This document shows positions 1 through 7,205 of a stretch of 12,969 nt of DNA, piece after piece. The position numbers and the translations under genes are program-made. Origin of the DNA: Candidatus Eiseniibacteriota bacterium (GTDB lineage Bacteria; Eisenbacteria; RBG-16-71-46; SZUA-252); assembly GCA_031370645.1 (NCBI GenBank), contig JANMQV010000168.1:1-12969 (forward strand). Direction: 5' to 3'. The notes below the pieces were generated by a model. It was not told the DNA's origin. It did no database searches and saw only the letters and a list, made by a program, of their open reading frames with translations. Position 1 is the first letter of the stretch. Every line of letters starts with the position of its first letter.

Positions 1-398
1 GCGGTCATCGTGTCGATCGCCGCTTCGGTCTGCAGTCGCTCGGCCGTCGCGAGCGCCAGGTCGGCTCGCTTCGCCTCCATCGAGAGGCGCCCCACCGACG
101 CCTCGGCGGCCGCGACCGTCCGGATCGCGTAGATCATTTGCCCCCGCTGTTTCGTGTTGCCTTCGAGCTTGTAGGGACCCGGGAACGCGGCGCGGACCTT
201 CGCGAACGCGGCGCCGAGTTTCATCAGCGCGGCCGAGTCGGGCGGCGTGGAGCCGAGCCGCGCCTGGACCTCCGATTTCCGGGCATCGTAGAGCAGCTTC
301 TCCGCGCGATACACAGCCGCCGTCTCGGTACCGCCGCATCCCGCGAGGAGAAGCGCCACACCGACGATCAGACTCCGCTGGACCGAGATGGGACGCAT
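1..398 (-). CDS. Putative lipoprotein, helical (possibly TPR-like); C-terminus runs off the window
   Basis: Absent from the ORF track because it is open at the edge. Manual translation from ATG at 398: MRPISVQRSLIVGVALLLAGCGGTETAAVYRAEKLLYDARK..., with no stop to position 1. Basic n-region, hydrophobic h-region and lipobox LAG|C (Cys21, codon 336-338). The start overlaps the upstream stop (TGATG), suggesting translational coupling. Confidence 0.8.
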   Translation of the reverse strand, partial: MRPISVQRSLIVGVALLLAGCGGTETAAVYRAEKLLYDARKSEVQARLGSTPPDSAALMKLGAAFAKVRAAFPGPYKLEGNTKQRGQMIYAIRTVAAAEASVGRLSMEAKRADLALATAERLQTEAAIDTMT

Positions 399-1240
399 CA
401 CTCCTCCCCCCGCCCGAACTTGTAAAGGCGCGCGGCGGCGCCGTAGGTGAAGTAGGTCGCCACGCTCGTCACCGTCACGTAGACCCCGAGAAAGAGGGTC
501 GTGAATTCGGGGCGAAGGCGCGTGAGCAGGAACGAGCCCTGGCGCTCGAGAAGAAACTCCACGAAGAGCGCGGGGAGTCCGAAGAGGATGGCGAAGCCAA
601 GCGTGAGCGGCCAGGCCCGAAATCCAAAGCGTAGACCGTAGACGAAAGCGCGGATGGGATTCGTCCTCGCCTGGACCGAGGCCACCGGGACGTAGAGCAT
701 CAGCGACATGATGGCGTAGACCCCGAGGGTGACGACGAGCCAGGCGAGCATGGGGCCGAGCGGGGCCGGGATCCGCCCATTCACGAACGTTGTCAAGGGG
801 CCGGCGGCGTAGCGCTGCCATCCCAGAACCGAACCGACGCCGGCGAGGCCCGCGAGAAGCGTCGGGAAGAAGGCGACCGCCAGACGCGACGTCGCGCCGG
901 CGCCGAGCGAGAGCGCCCGGTCCGTGCGTGAGTAGAAGCGAAGCAGAGCGAGCGGGATCAGAACGGCGCCCGGAATCACGTAGAGGAAAATCTCGACCCA
1001 CCCGGTAAAGGTCGGGAGATAGCTGAAGAAAACCGGATAGTGCAGATACCCCTCGCCCCCGGTGAGCGTGACGAGCGGGGCGACGATTCCCATCGCCCAG
1101 GCGCTCTGGAGTTGCGTGCTGAGCGCCAACAGGGCCAACTGTACGATGAGGATCCAAAAGTAGGGCGTGTACTCCGCCCAGCGGAACTCACGGGCCGCGT
1201 CAAAGGCCGAACTGAACGCGTCTGCGATCGAAAGCCTCAT
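398..1240 (-). CDS. Hypothetical integral membrane protein (~6 TM segments)
   Basis: About six hydrophobic stretches (e.g. FWILIVQLALLAL, IFLYVIPGAVLIPLALL, LAWLVVTLGVYAIMSLMLYVPV, LTLGFAILFGLPALFV). ATG at 1240 is preceded by GAGGG (1246-1250) at 5 nt, so it is preferred over GTG 1246. Confidence 0.8.
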   Translation of the reverse strand: MRLSIADAFSSAFDAAREFRWAEYTPYFWILIVQLALLALSTQLQSAWAMGIVAPLVTLTGGEGYLHYPVFFSYLPTFTGWVEIFLYVIPGAVLIPLALLRFYSRTDRALSLGAGATSRLAVAFFPTLLAGLAGVGSVLGWQRYAAGPLTTFVNGRIPAPLGPMLAWLVVTLGVYAIMSLMLYVPVASVQARTNPIRAFVYGLRFGFRAWPLTLGFAILFGLPALFVEFLLERQGSFLLTRLRPEFTTLFLGVYVTVTSVATYFTYGAAARLYKFGRGEE

Positions 1241-1296
1241 GGGCACCCTCGGTTACCGGTTGATTCGGCGGAGCGAAGGCTGGAGACTAACGCCCC

Positions 1297-2958
1297 ATGA
1301 GCCTACTCGACCAGTACCTTCTTGTCCGTCGGCCCGGCGCGAACCCGGAACGCATCGATCTGCACTCCGACACGCCCTGCGGAATCGGCCGCGCTCCCGA
1401 AAATAGAATCGTCCTCACCGACTCCTCCGTCTCCCGCCAGCACGCGCGCCTCTTCTCGCGCGAGGATGCGTGGTGGATCGAGGATCTCGGCAGCAAGAAC
1501 GGGACGAAGGTGAACGGAAATCTCATTGAGGGCCCGAAGCGCCTGAAGCAGGGCGACGGACTCCAGGTGGGATCGTTCCAACTCGTCTTCTCCTCCGAGA
1601 CCGCCTCGGCGTCGGCGCGCCTGGCCGACGTGGCCGCGCCCGCGAACATGACGTCGCTTCCCTTGGAAGCGCTCGGCGCGGGCACCGACACGCGCGCCTT
1701 CGCGGGAAACATGTCGCCCGAGCGCGTCGGATCGTTCCTGAAGGCGATGGACCGGATCGGCCAGGCGCTGATCGTCCACCGCCCGCTCGACGAGCTCTAT
1801 CAGTTCATCGTGACGCTCGCCTCGGAGGTGCTCCGCGCCGATCGCACCGCGCTTCTGTTGCTGGAGGCCGACGGCGAACTGACGCCGAAGGCGGTGATGA
1901 CGAGCGGGAACGCGGCGGCCGGCGACATCGTCGTCAGCCGGACGATCGCGAAGAACACCATCGAGCAGCGCCAGGCGGTGCTGATCGGAAACGCCATGGC
2001 CGACACTCGCTTCAAGGAGCAGCAGAGCGTCATCCAGCAGCGGATCCACTCCGCGATGTGCGTTCCGCTCTGGCATGACACCGACGTGCTGGGGCTTCTC
2101 TACGTGGACAACACGGCGGCGGTGGTCCCCTTCGAAGAGTCGGACCTCCGCATTCTGACTTTCCTCGCGCATCTCGCGGCCATGAAGATCCGCGAGACCG
2201 AGTCGTACGAAGAGTTGCAGCGCCAGCAGCGCCTCGAAGCGGAGTTGAAGCGGGCGGCCACGCTGCAGCAGTCGCTTCTGCCGACGGGCGCGCGGAAGGT
2301 CGGCCGCATGGGCATCGCGGGCCGTAACGTCCCTTCGTTCGACGTCGGCGGCGACTACTTCGATTTCGTTCCGGGTCCCGACGGGCGAATGATCGTCAGT
2401 CTCGGCGATGTCGCCGGCAAGGGGATGGCCGCCGCACTCCTCATGACTGATTTGCGCGCCACCATGCGCGCGCAGGTCGAGGTGGGGCGTCCGATCGTCG
2501 ACCTCACGTCGCGCCTCAATCGCTCCATCTACGAGAACGTGAAGGGCGAGCGATTCATCACGCTGATGGTCGCGATGGTGGACGGCCTGACGGGCGAGAT
2601 CGCCTACGTGAACGGTGGGCACAACCCGCCCTACCTGCTTCGCGCCGACGGGACGCTCGAAACGCTCTCGGTCGGGGGGCTACTCCTGGGGATCTTCCCG
2701 GAGGCGGTGTACGAGACCGCGTCGATCACGCTGAAGGCCGGCGACGTCCTGACGCTTTACAGCGACGGGGTCACGGAGGCGAGAAATCCCGGGGGCGAGG
2801 AGTACGGCGAGGAGCGGCTCGAGGCGTTCCTACGCAAGCACCAGGCGATCCAGCCGGAGGAACTGGTGAACGCGCTCATTAGCGAAATTCAGAAATTCAC
2901 GAGCGCGGCTCAGTTGGCGGACGACGTGACCGTCGTCGTCATCCGCTGCGATTCGTAG
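1297..2958 (+). CDS. FHA-GAF-PP2C (SpoIIE/RsbU-family) serine phosphatase
   Basis: FHA motifs IGR...SVSRQHA...DLGSKNGT; GAF-like region (SAMCVPL...VLGLLYVD, FEESDLRIL); coiled linker (RLEAELKRAATLQQSLLP); PP2C metal-binding motifs VGGDYFD, GDVAGKG, YSDGVTEA, DDVT. Confidence 0.93.
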   Translation: MSLLDQYLLVRRPGANPERIDLHSDTPCGIGRAPENRIVLTDSSVSRQHARLFSREDAWWIEDLGSKNGTKVNGNLIEGPKRLKQGDGLQVGSFQLVFSSETASASARLADVAAPANMTSLPLEALGAGTDTRAFAGNMSPERVGSFLKAMDRIGQALIVHRPLDELYQFIVTLASEVLRADRTALLLLEADGELTPKAVMTSGNAAAGDIVVSRTIAKNTIEQRQAVLIGNAMADTRFKEQQSVIQQRIHSAMCVPLWHDTDVLGLLYVDNTAAVVPFEESDLRILTFLAHLAAMKIRETESYEELQRQQRLEAELKRAATLQQSLLPTGARKVGRMGIAGRNVPSFDVGGDYFDFVPGPDGRMIVSLGDVAGKGMAAALLMTDLRATMRAQVEVGRPIVDLTSRLNRSIYENVKGERFITLMVAMVDGLTGEIAYVNGGHNPPYLLRADGTLETLSVGGLLLGIFPEAVYETASITLKAGDVLTLYSDGVTEARNPGGEEYGEERLEAFLRKHQAIQPEELVNALISEIQKFTSAAQLADDVTVVVIRCDS

Positions 2959-4039
2959 TCGACCGCTGGGCGCTGACCGCTAGTTCGAGATTTCGCTCCA
3001 CCAGTTTCGAATGGAGGAGCGTGTCGCGATAGTTCTTACGTGCGAAGGCCGCCTTTGCCTTCGCCATCTGGGCGCGCGCTTCTCGCGCGAGCCGCTCGGC
3101 CGCCGCGTTGAGGCGCTCCCCCAGTTCCCCCTTCGCCTGCTCGAGCGATCGCGACGCGCGCTTGAGCGCCTTCTCCGCCGTCGCTTCCGGAACCGGTAGA
3201 TCGTCGCAGTCGCGAAGCAGCGTGAGGACGCCGTCCCGCACCTCGCGCGTCGAGGCATAGGCCTTCCGCGTTCCGCCATCCTTCAAGAATCGACGGGACT
3301 CTTTCTGACGGCGTTCCAGGGCCGTCAAATGATCCCGCTCTACGGCGCTCCCCGATTCCTGCAGCACTTCACTCGCCCGCTTGAGAGCGTCGTCGGTCCG
3401 GTCGAGCGTCATCGCCACGTAATCGGCGTCGTCCTCGGGCGGGCCGAGGTGGACGGCGATCTCTCGCGCGAGGCTTCTCGCCTCGAGCGTCAGCCGCACG
3501 GCGCGGGCGTAGAGATTCTCGGCGTACGCCTCGCGCGCGTCCTTCTGGCGGGCGGTCGCCGTTCCGAATTCCTCGCGAGCCTTCTTGTTGAACGAGCGGA
3601 CGACTTTCATCTTCACGGGGCGAAGGATCGCCGCCGTCCGCCCCAGTTCCGCCATCGCTCGGGTGCCCTCGTCGGTGACGATTGCTTGAGGGACGGGGGC
3701 CATTGCCACGGCCGTGTGCGGTGCCGGCTTTTTCGCGGAAGCGCGCGCGCGCTTCTTCTCTGATGTGGCGGGTGTGGGTGCGGGTGCGACTGCGATGGCG
3801 CTCGACGGAGAGGTGCTCGCTTCAGGAGTCAGCGCCGAAATCGCGAGATCCGGCGCCGTCGTGGCGGGTCCCGAAGGCGCGGCGGTGGAGTCAGGCGCTA
3901 GGGCGTAGAGGACCACCGGCGGTGTGGAATCCTCCGGACCCTCGGCCCGAGAAGTTGCCACGATCCCGCTGAGAGAAAGCGCGAACAGCGTCGCGCAGAC
4001 GGGCCCAAACGGGCGCCAACGACTCCCCATGCGACTCAT
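2939..4039 (-). CDS. Hypothetical exported protein with Pro/Ala/Ser/Thr-rich linker and three helical repeats
   Basis: Signal-peptide-like N-terminus (RWRPFGPVCATLFALSLSGIVATSRA|E), low-complexity linker, then Ala/Arg/Glu/Lys-rich helical repeats. Sigma54 promoter upstream. Start at ATG 4039 or 4030; no strong SD. Confidence 0.78.
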   Translation of the reverse strand: MSRMGSRWRPFGPVCATLFALSLSGIVATSRAEGPEDSTPPVVLYALAPDSTAAPSGPATTAPDLAISALTPEASTSPSSAIAVAPAPTPATSEKKRARASAKKPAPHTAVAMAPVPQAIVTDEGTRAMAELGRTAAILRPVKMKVVRSFNKKAREEFGTATARQKDAREAYAENLYARAVRLTLEARSLAREIAVHLGPPEDDADYVAMTLDRTDDALKRASEVLQESGSAVERDHLTALERRQKESRRFLKDGGTRKAYASTREVRDGVLTLLRDCDDLPVPEATAEKALKRASRSLEQAKGELGERLNAAAERLAREARAQMAKAKAAFARKNYRDTLLHSKLVERNLELAVSAQRSTTNRSG

Positions 4040-4098
4040 TGAAGTGGATGGTCAACGTCCATCGATCGATTCCGGTCGGAGCATAAGGCGATTAACTA

Positions 4099-4115
4099 GG
4101 CACACACTATGCCAG
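4099..4115 (-). promoter_or_regulatory. Sigma54 (RpoN) -24/-12 promoter for the 2939-4039 gene
   Basis: Minus strand CTGGCATAGTGTGTGCC = TGGCA-N7-TGC with exact GG-N10-GC spacing (consensus TGGCACG-N4-TTGC). Intergenic, ~60 nt upstream of the ATG and next to a sigma54 activator gene. Confidence 0.75.
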
Positions 4116-4233
4116 GCATGAAGTTAGGGAGGCGGTGCGGGGCGAACTCCATGCGGCCGTTCGGGCTGCGCCACCGGCGCCTCGGGTCTCGCGCGGGAAC
4201 GTGCCCGCCGGGATGATCGGCTTCGGGCCGGCG

Positions 4234-4263
4234 CGTACGGGCCCGTACGACCGAAAACGGTCG
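4234..4263. repeat. Two abutting inverted repeats: perfect 16-bp palindrome CGTACGGGCCCGTACG (4234-4249) and CGACCG-AAAA-CGGTCG (4248-4263)
   Basis: Read directly. They lie immediately after the response-regulator stop codon and ~120-150 bp upstream of the sigma54 -24 box. No U-tract. Function (enhancer site or 3' hairpin) is unresolved. Confidence 0.6.
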
Positions 4264-4265
4264 CT

Positions 4266-5666
4266 TCACCCTCCAGCCGGGCCCGCGTCCGCTGTCTCGG
4301 GATCGGCTCCCCCAATGGGGATGGAATGGCTCTCCATGCGCGAATAGAGGGCGCGCCGGCTGATGCCGAGGAGTGCGGCGGCGCGCGTCTTGTTCCCTTG
4401 CGCCCGTTCGAGCGCTTCGAGAATCATCCGCCGTTCCATCTGATCGATGCTCAACCCCATCGAGAGGAGATCGCTCGAGTCGGCGGCGAGTCGTCCCCGT
4501 TCGATCGGGAAATGATGGCGGTCGATCGGCCCGGGGCCGGCGAGAATGCAGGCGCGTTCGATCAGGTTCTGCAGTTCGCGAATGTTTCCCGGGAAATCGT
4601 AGTTCTTCAAATACTCGAGCGCCTCGGGGCGGAGATCGGAGAGAGCGCGATCCTGCTTGGAAAGAAAATGCGCCACCAAGGGCGGCACGTCCTCGCGGCG
4701 CTCGCGGAGCGGCACCAGCCGAATCGGGAAGACGTTCAGACGGTAGTAGAGATCCTCGCGGAATTTCCCTTCGCGAATCATCTCCTCCAGGCTTCGATTG
4801 GTCGCCGCGAGAATCCGGACGTCCGTGCGGCGCATGTCTTCGCCGCCCACGCGGACGTAGGTATGGTCTTGGAGGAAGCGAAGGAGCTTCACCTGGATGC
4901 TCTGCGGCAGTTCGCCGATCTCGTCGAGGAAGATGGTCCCGCCGTCGGCCACTTCGAAGCGTCCCGGCTTCGTCCGCACGGCGCCGGTGAAAGCGCCTCG
5001 CTCGTGTCCGAAGAGTTCCGACTCGAGGAGGGTTTCCGGAAGTGCGCCGCAGTTGACCGGTACGAACGGCGCCTTGGCTCGATGGCTCGCCGCATGAATC
5101 GCCTGCGCGAAGACTTCCTTGCCGGTGCCGCTCTCCCCGGTGATGAGAACGCTGGCGTCGGTCGGGGCCACGCGCCGGGCGAGATTGAGCGCGTCCCGCA
5201 TGGCGGGACTCTGCCCCACGATCGTGTCGAAGCGATGGACGTGGATCTGCTCCTGCAGCGTGTCGATTCGTCCCTGGAGGAGTTTCGAGTCGGCCTTCAG
5301 TTTTCGCGTCTCGAGGACCTGGCGAACGCGGACCGGAAGTTCCTCCAGCAGGTTTTCCTTGAGAATGTAGTCGGAGGCGCCCTCTTTCATCATCTGCACA
5401 GCTTCGCGCGCGTCGCCGAACGCGGTCATGAGGATGACGTCGGGGACGTAGGACTGCGAGCGAGCCTGCCGGAAGACCTCGATGCCGCTGGCACCCGGCA
5501 TCCGCATGTCGGAGACGACGAGGTCGAAGACGTGGGCCTTCAGTTCGTGGATGGCCGCGTCGCCTCCGAGGGCCACCGACACGTCGTACCCCTGCTCCGC
5601 CAGCGTCGTCTGGATCAGGCGACAGAGGTTCTCTTGATCTTCCGCGACGAGGATTCGTTCCGCCAT
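4266..5666 (-). CDS. Sigma54-dependent NtrC/AtoC/ZraR-family response regulator (REC-AAA+-Fis HTH)
   Basis: Receiver (LVAED, VVSDMRMP, MTAFG, YILK); Walker A GESGTGKE; ESELFGHERGAFTGA; Walker B IFLDEIGE; FREDLYYRLNV; FPGNIRELQN; HTH GNKTRAAALLGISRRALY. Confidence 0.96.
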   Translation of the reverse strand: MAERILVAEDQENLCRLIQTTLAEQGYDVSVALGGDAAIHELKAHVFDLVVSDMRMPGASGIEVFRQARSQSYVPDVILMTAFGDAREAVQMMKEGASDYILKENLLEELPVRVRQVLETRKLKADSKLLQGRIDTLQEQIHVHRFDTIVGQSPAMRDALNLARRVAPTDASVLITGESGTGKEVFAQAIHAASHRAKAPFVPVNCGALPETLLESELFGHERGAFTGAVRTKPGRFEVADGGTIFLDEIGELPQSIQVKLLRFLQDHTYVRVGGEDMRRTDVRILAATNRSLEEMIREGKFREDLYYRLNVFPIRLVPLRERREDVPPLVAHFLSKQDRALSDLRPEALEYLKNYDFPGNIRELQNLIERACILAGPGPIDRHHFPIERGRLAADSSDLLSMGLSIDQMERRMILEALERAQGNKTRAAALLGISRRALYSRMESHSIPIGGADPETADAGPAGG

Positions 5667-5689
5667 GGCGCCGTTCGCTCCTGGGATCT

Positions 5690-7111
5690 CTAGCCGCTAT
5701 CGACCGGCAGGCGGACTTCGAACTGCGCGCCGCCCCCGGGGGCGGCTCCAACTGTAACCGATCCGCCGTGCTCCGAAACGATTCGTTCCACGAACGCGAG
5801 CCCGAGCCCGGTCCCCTTGGCGCGCGTGGTGAAGAAGGGTTCGAAGATCTTGTTTCTCAATTCGAAGGGAACGCCGGGGCCCGTGTCTTCGAAATAGAGC
5901 CGCGCCTGGCCGCGGCGCTCGATCACGCGAACCGTGAGGCGCCCTCCGAGCGGCATGATGTCGCGGGCGTTGAGCGCGAGATTCAAGAAAACGTGGTGGA
6001 GCGCGTGCGGGTCGCCGTCCACGAGGAGCGTCTCCGGCGCGTTCCACTCGAGTTTCACCTCGATCTTCGATCGCTCCAATTCCACGCGTAGGATGTCGAG
6101 CGATCGGAGGAGGACCGGCTTCAGCGCGAACGCCTCCGGTTCTCCCTTCGGGCGGCGAGAGAGATCGAGGAAGTTCTGCACCACGCCCCCCATGCGGTCG
6201 ACCTCCTCGTCGATCATCCGGAGGAGTTCGGCGCGTTCCGCGGGGGGGAGCGCGTCGCCGCGCTGAAGCCGCGCCGAGGCGCCCCGAAGCACCGCGAGCG
6301 GATTTCGGATCTCGTGCGCCACGCCGGCCGCCACCTGCCCGACGGAAGCAAGGAGGTCGGTGTGGCGGAGATTCTCCTCGATCTGCCCCAGGTGTCCCAC
6401 GGTCCGCACGTAACCGAGCCCGATGAGGATGACCAGGAGCGAGGCGAAGAGCGCGGTTCCATAGAGATAGGTGCGGATAAAGGTGAGCGGGCGAAATGCG
6501 GCCGAGGCGCCCTCCACGATCACGGCTCCGAGCACCGATCCGTCGGCGTCGAGGACCGGTGCGTAACCCGAGCGGAGGAATTCGTTGTCCTTCTCGTAGA
6601 GTGCCGAGTGCGACGGCTCGCCAATGAGCGCGCGAGCGAGCGCGGCCTGGTCGAGCGTTTGAACGTCCGGCTCGAACCTGAACGGCTGGCGGAGACGCAG
6701 GAGAACGCGCGAATGGGCGTCGAGAAGCACTACGTTCGAGGCGTCGGCGCCCTGGGCCAGTTTCCTCCACTCCCCCCGCACGAAGTCGGCCGCGTCGATC
6801 GCGTCCATTTGCGAGACGAAGTCGGCGGCGGCGGTGTCTGCCAGCGCCTTCGCGGCCGATTGCGGGGGCGGCGCTTCCCCGGAGGCAGCCGTGTCCGCCA
6901 TCCGCACGAGCGCGCCGAAGTGCTCGGGCTTCACCAAGAGGCCCGCGATTTGCGCGGTTCCCTCGAGGCGTTTCCCGAGTTCCTGGTCGAGGAGACGCTG
7001 CGAGGTGCGGATAGAAAGGAAAATGGTCGCATTCACGGCGAGGACGAGCGCGCCGAGGAAGGCGAGCGTCCAGAGGACGCGCGGGCGGAGCTTTTGGATG
7101 TTGAGGAGCAT
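5690..7111 (-). CDS. Membrane-bound sensor histidine kinase (HisKA + HATPase_c)
   Basis: Two TM helices (VLWTLAFLGALVLAVNATIFLSI; YLYGTALFASLLVILIGLGYV) flank an extracytoplasmic domain. H-box VAHEIRNPL, N-box VFLNLALNARD, G1 EDTGPG, F-box IFEPFFTT, G2 GTGLGL. Confidence 0.95.
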   Translation of the reverse strand: MLLNIQKLRPRVLWTLAFLGALVLAVNATIFLSIRTSQRLLDQELGKRLEGTAQIAGLLVKPEHFGALVRMADTAASGEAPPPQSAAKALADTAAADFVSQMDAIDAADFVRGEWRKLAQGADASNVVLLDAHSRVLLRLRQPFRFEPDVQTLDQAALARALIGEPSHSALYEKDNEFLRSGYAPVLDADGSVLGAVIVEGASAAFRPLTFIRTYLYGTALFASLLVILIGLGYVRTVGHLGQIEENLRHTDLLASVGQVAAGVAHEIRNPLAVLRGASARLQRGDALPPAERAELLRMIDEEVDRMGGVVQNFLDLSRRPKGEPEAFALKPVLLRSLDILRVELERSKIEVKLEWNAPETLLVDGDPHALHHVFLNLALNARDIMPLGGRLTVRVIERRGQARLYFEDTGPGVPFELRNKIFEPFFTTRAKGTGLGLAFVERIVSEHGGSVTVGAAPGGGAQFEVRLPVDSG

Positions 7112-7137
7112 GGCGTTGCGCCGAAGCGCGAAGCCCT

Positions 7138-7167
7138 AGCCTAACGAGCGCGGAGCCGGCAAGTCAA
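7138..7167 (-). promoter_or_regulatory. Candidate sigma70 promoter of the kinase/regulator operon
   Basis: Minus strand TTGACT (7167-7162)-N18-TAGGCT (7143-7138), 26 nt upstream of ATG 7111. Confidence 0.5.
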
Positions 7168-7190
7168 CGAAGGCGCGTCATGGCCGGCTG

Positions 7191-7199
7191 TGATAGGTT
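7191..7199 (+). promoter_or_regulatory. Candidate extended -10 promoter (TGaTAGGTT) giving a leaderless transcript at ATG 7206
   Basis: TGnTAnnnT element ends 6 nt before the ATG; no SD in front of the gene. Confidence 0.5.
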
Positions 7200-7205
7200 C
7201 CGCGG

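Noticed and set aside
138-425. 95-aa + strand ORF
   Set aside because: The opposite strand encodes a lipobox-bearing protein coupled to its upstream gene, which is the better explanation.
1303-2622. 439-aa antisense ORF, and similar ones at 7931-9229, 10467-11657, 6314-7144 and 11954-12808
   Set aside because: Antisense shadows of well-supported genes, with no SD or domain evidence.
4061-4070. ATCGATCGAT palindrome (and CGATCGATCG at 12740-12749)
   Set aside because: Short self-complementary tetranucleotide repeats; GATC and TCGA are frequent throughout this sequence.
4124-4347. Small ORFs in the regulator-target spacer (63 aa -, 70 aa +)
   Set aside because: They overlap the regulator 3' end and the enhancer/promoter region, with low-complexity composition and no convincing SD.
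4096-5751. Long alternative ORFs over the regulator (4096-5751 -, 551 aa; 4326-5693 +, 455 aa)
   Set aside because: Arg/Pro/Gly-rich off-frame or codon-mirror antisense shadows expected in high-GC DNA. No motifs, and they fully overlap a gene with unambiguous motifs.
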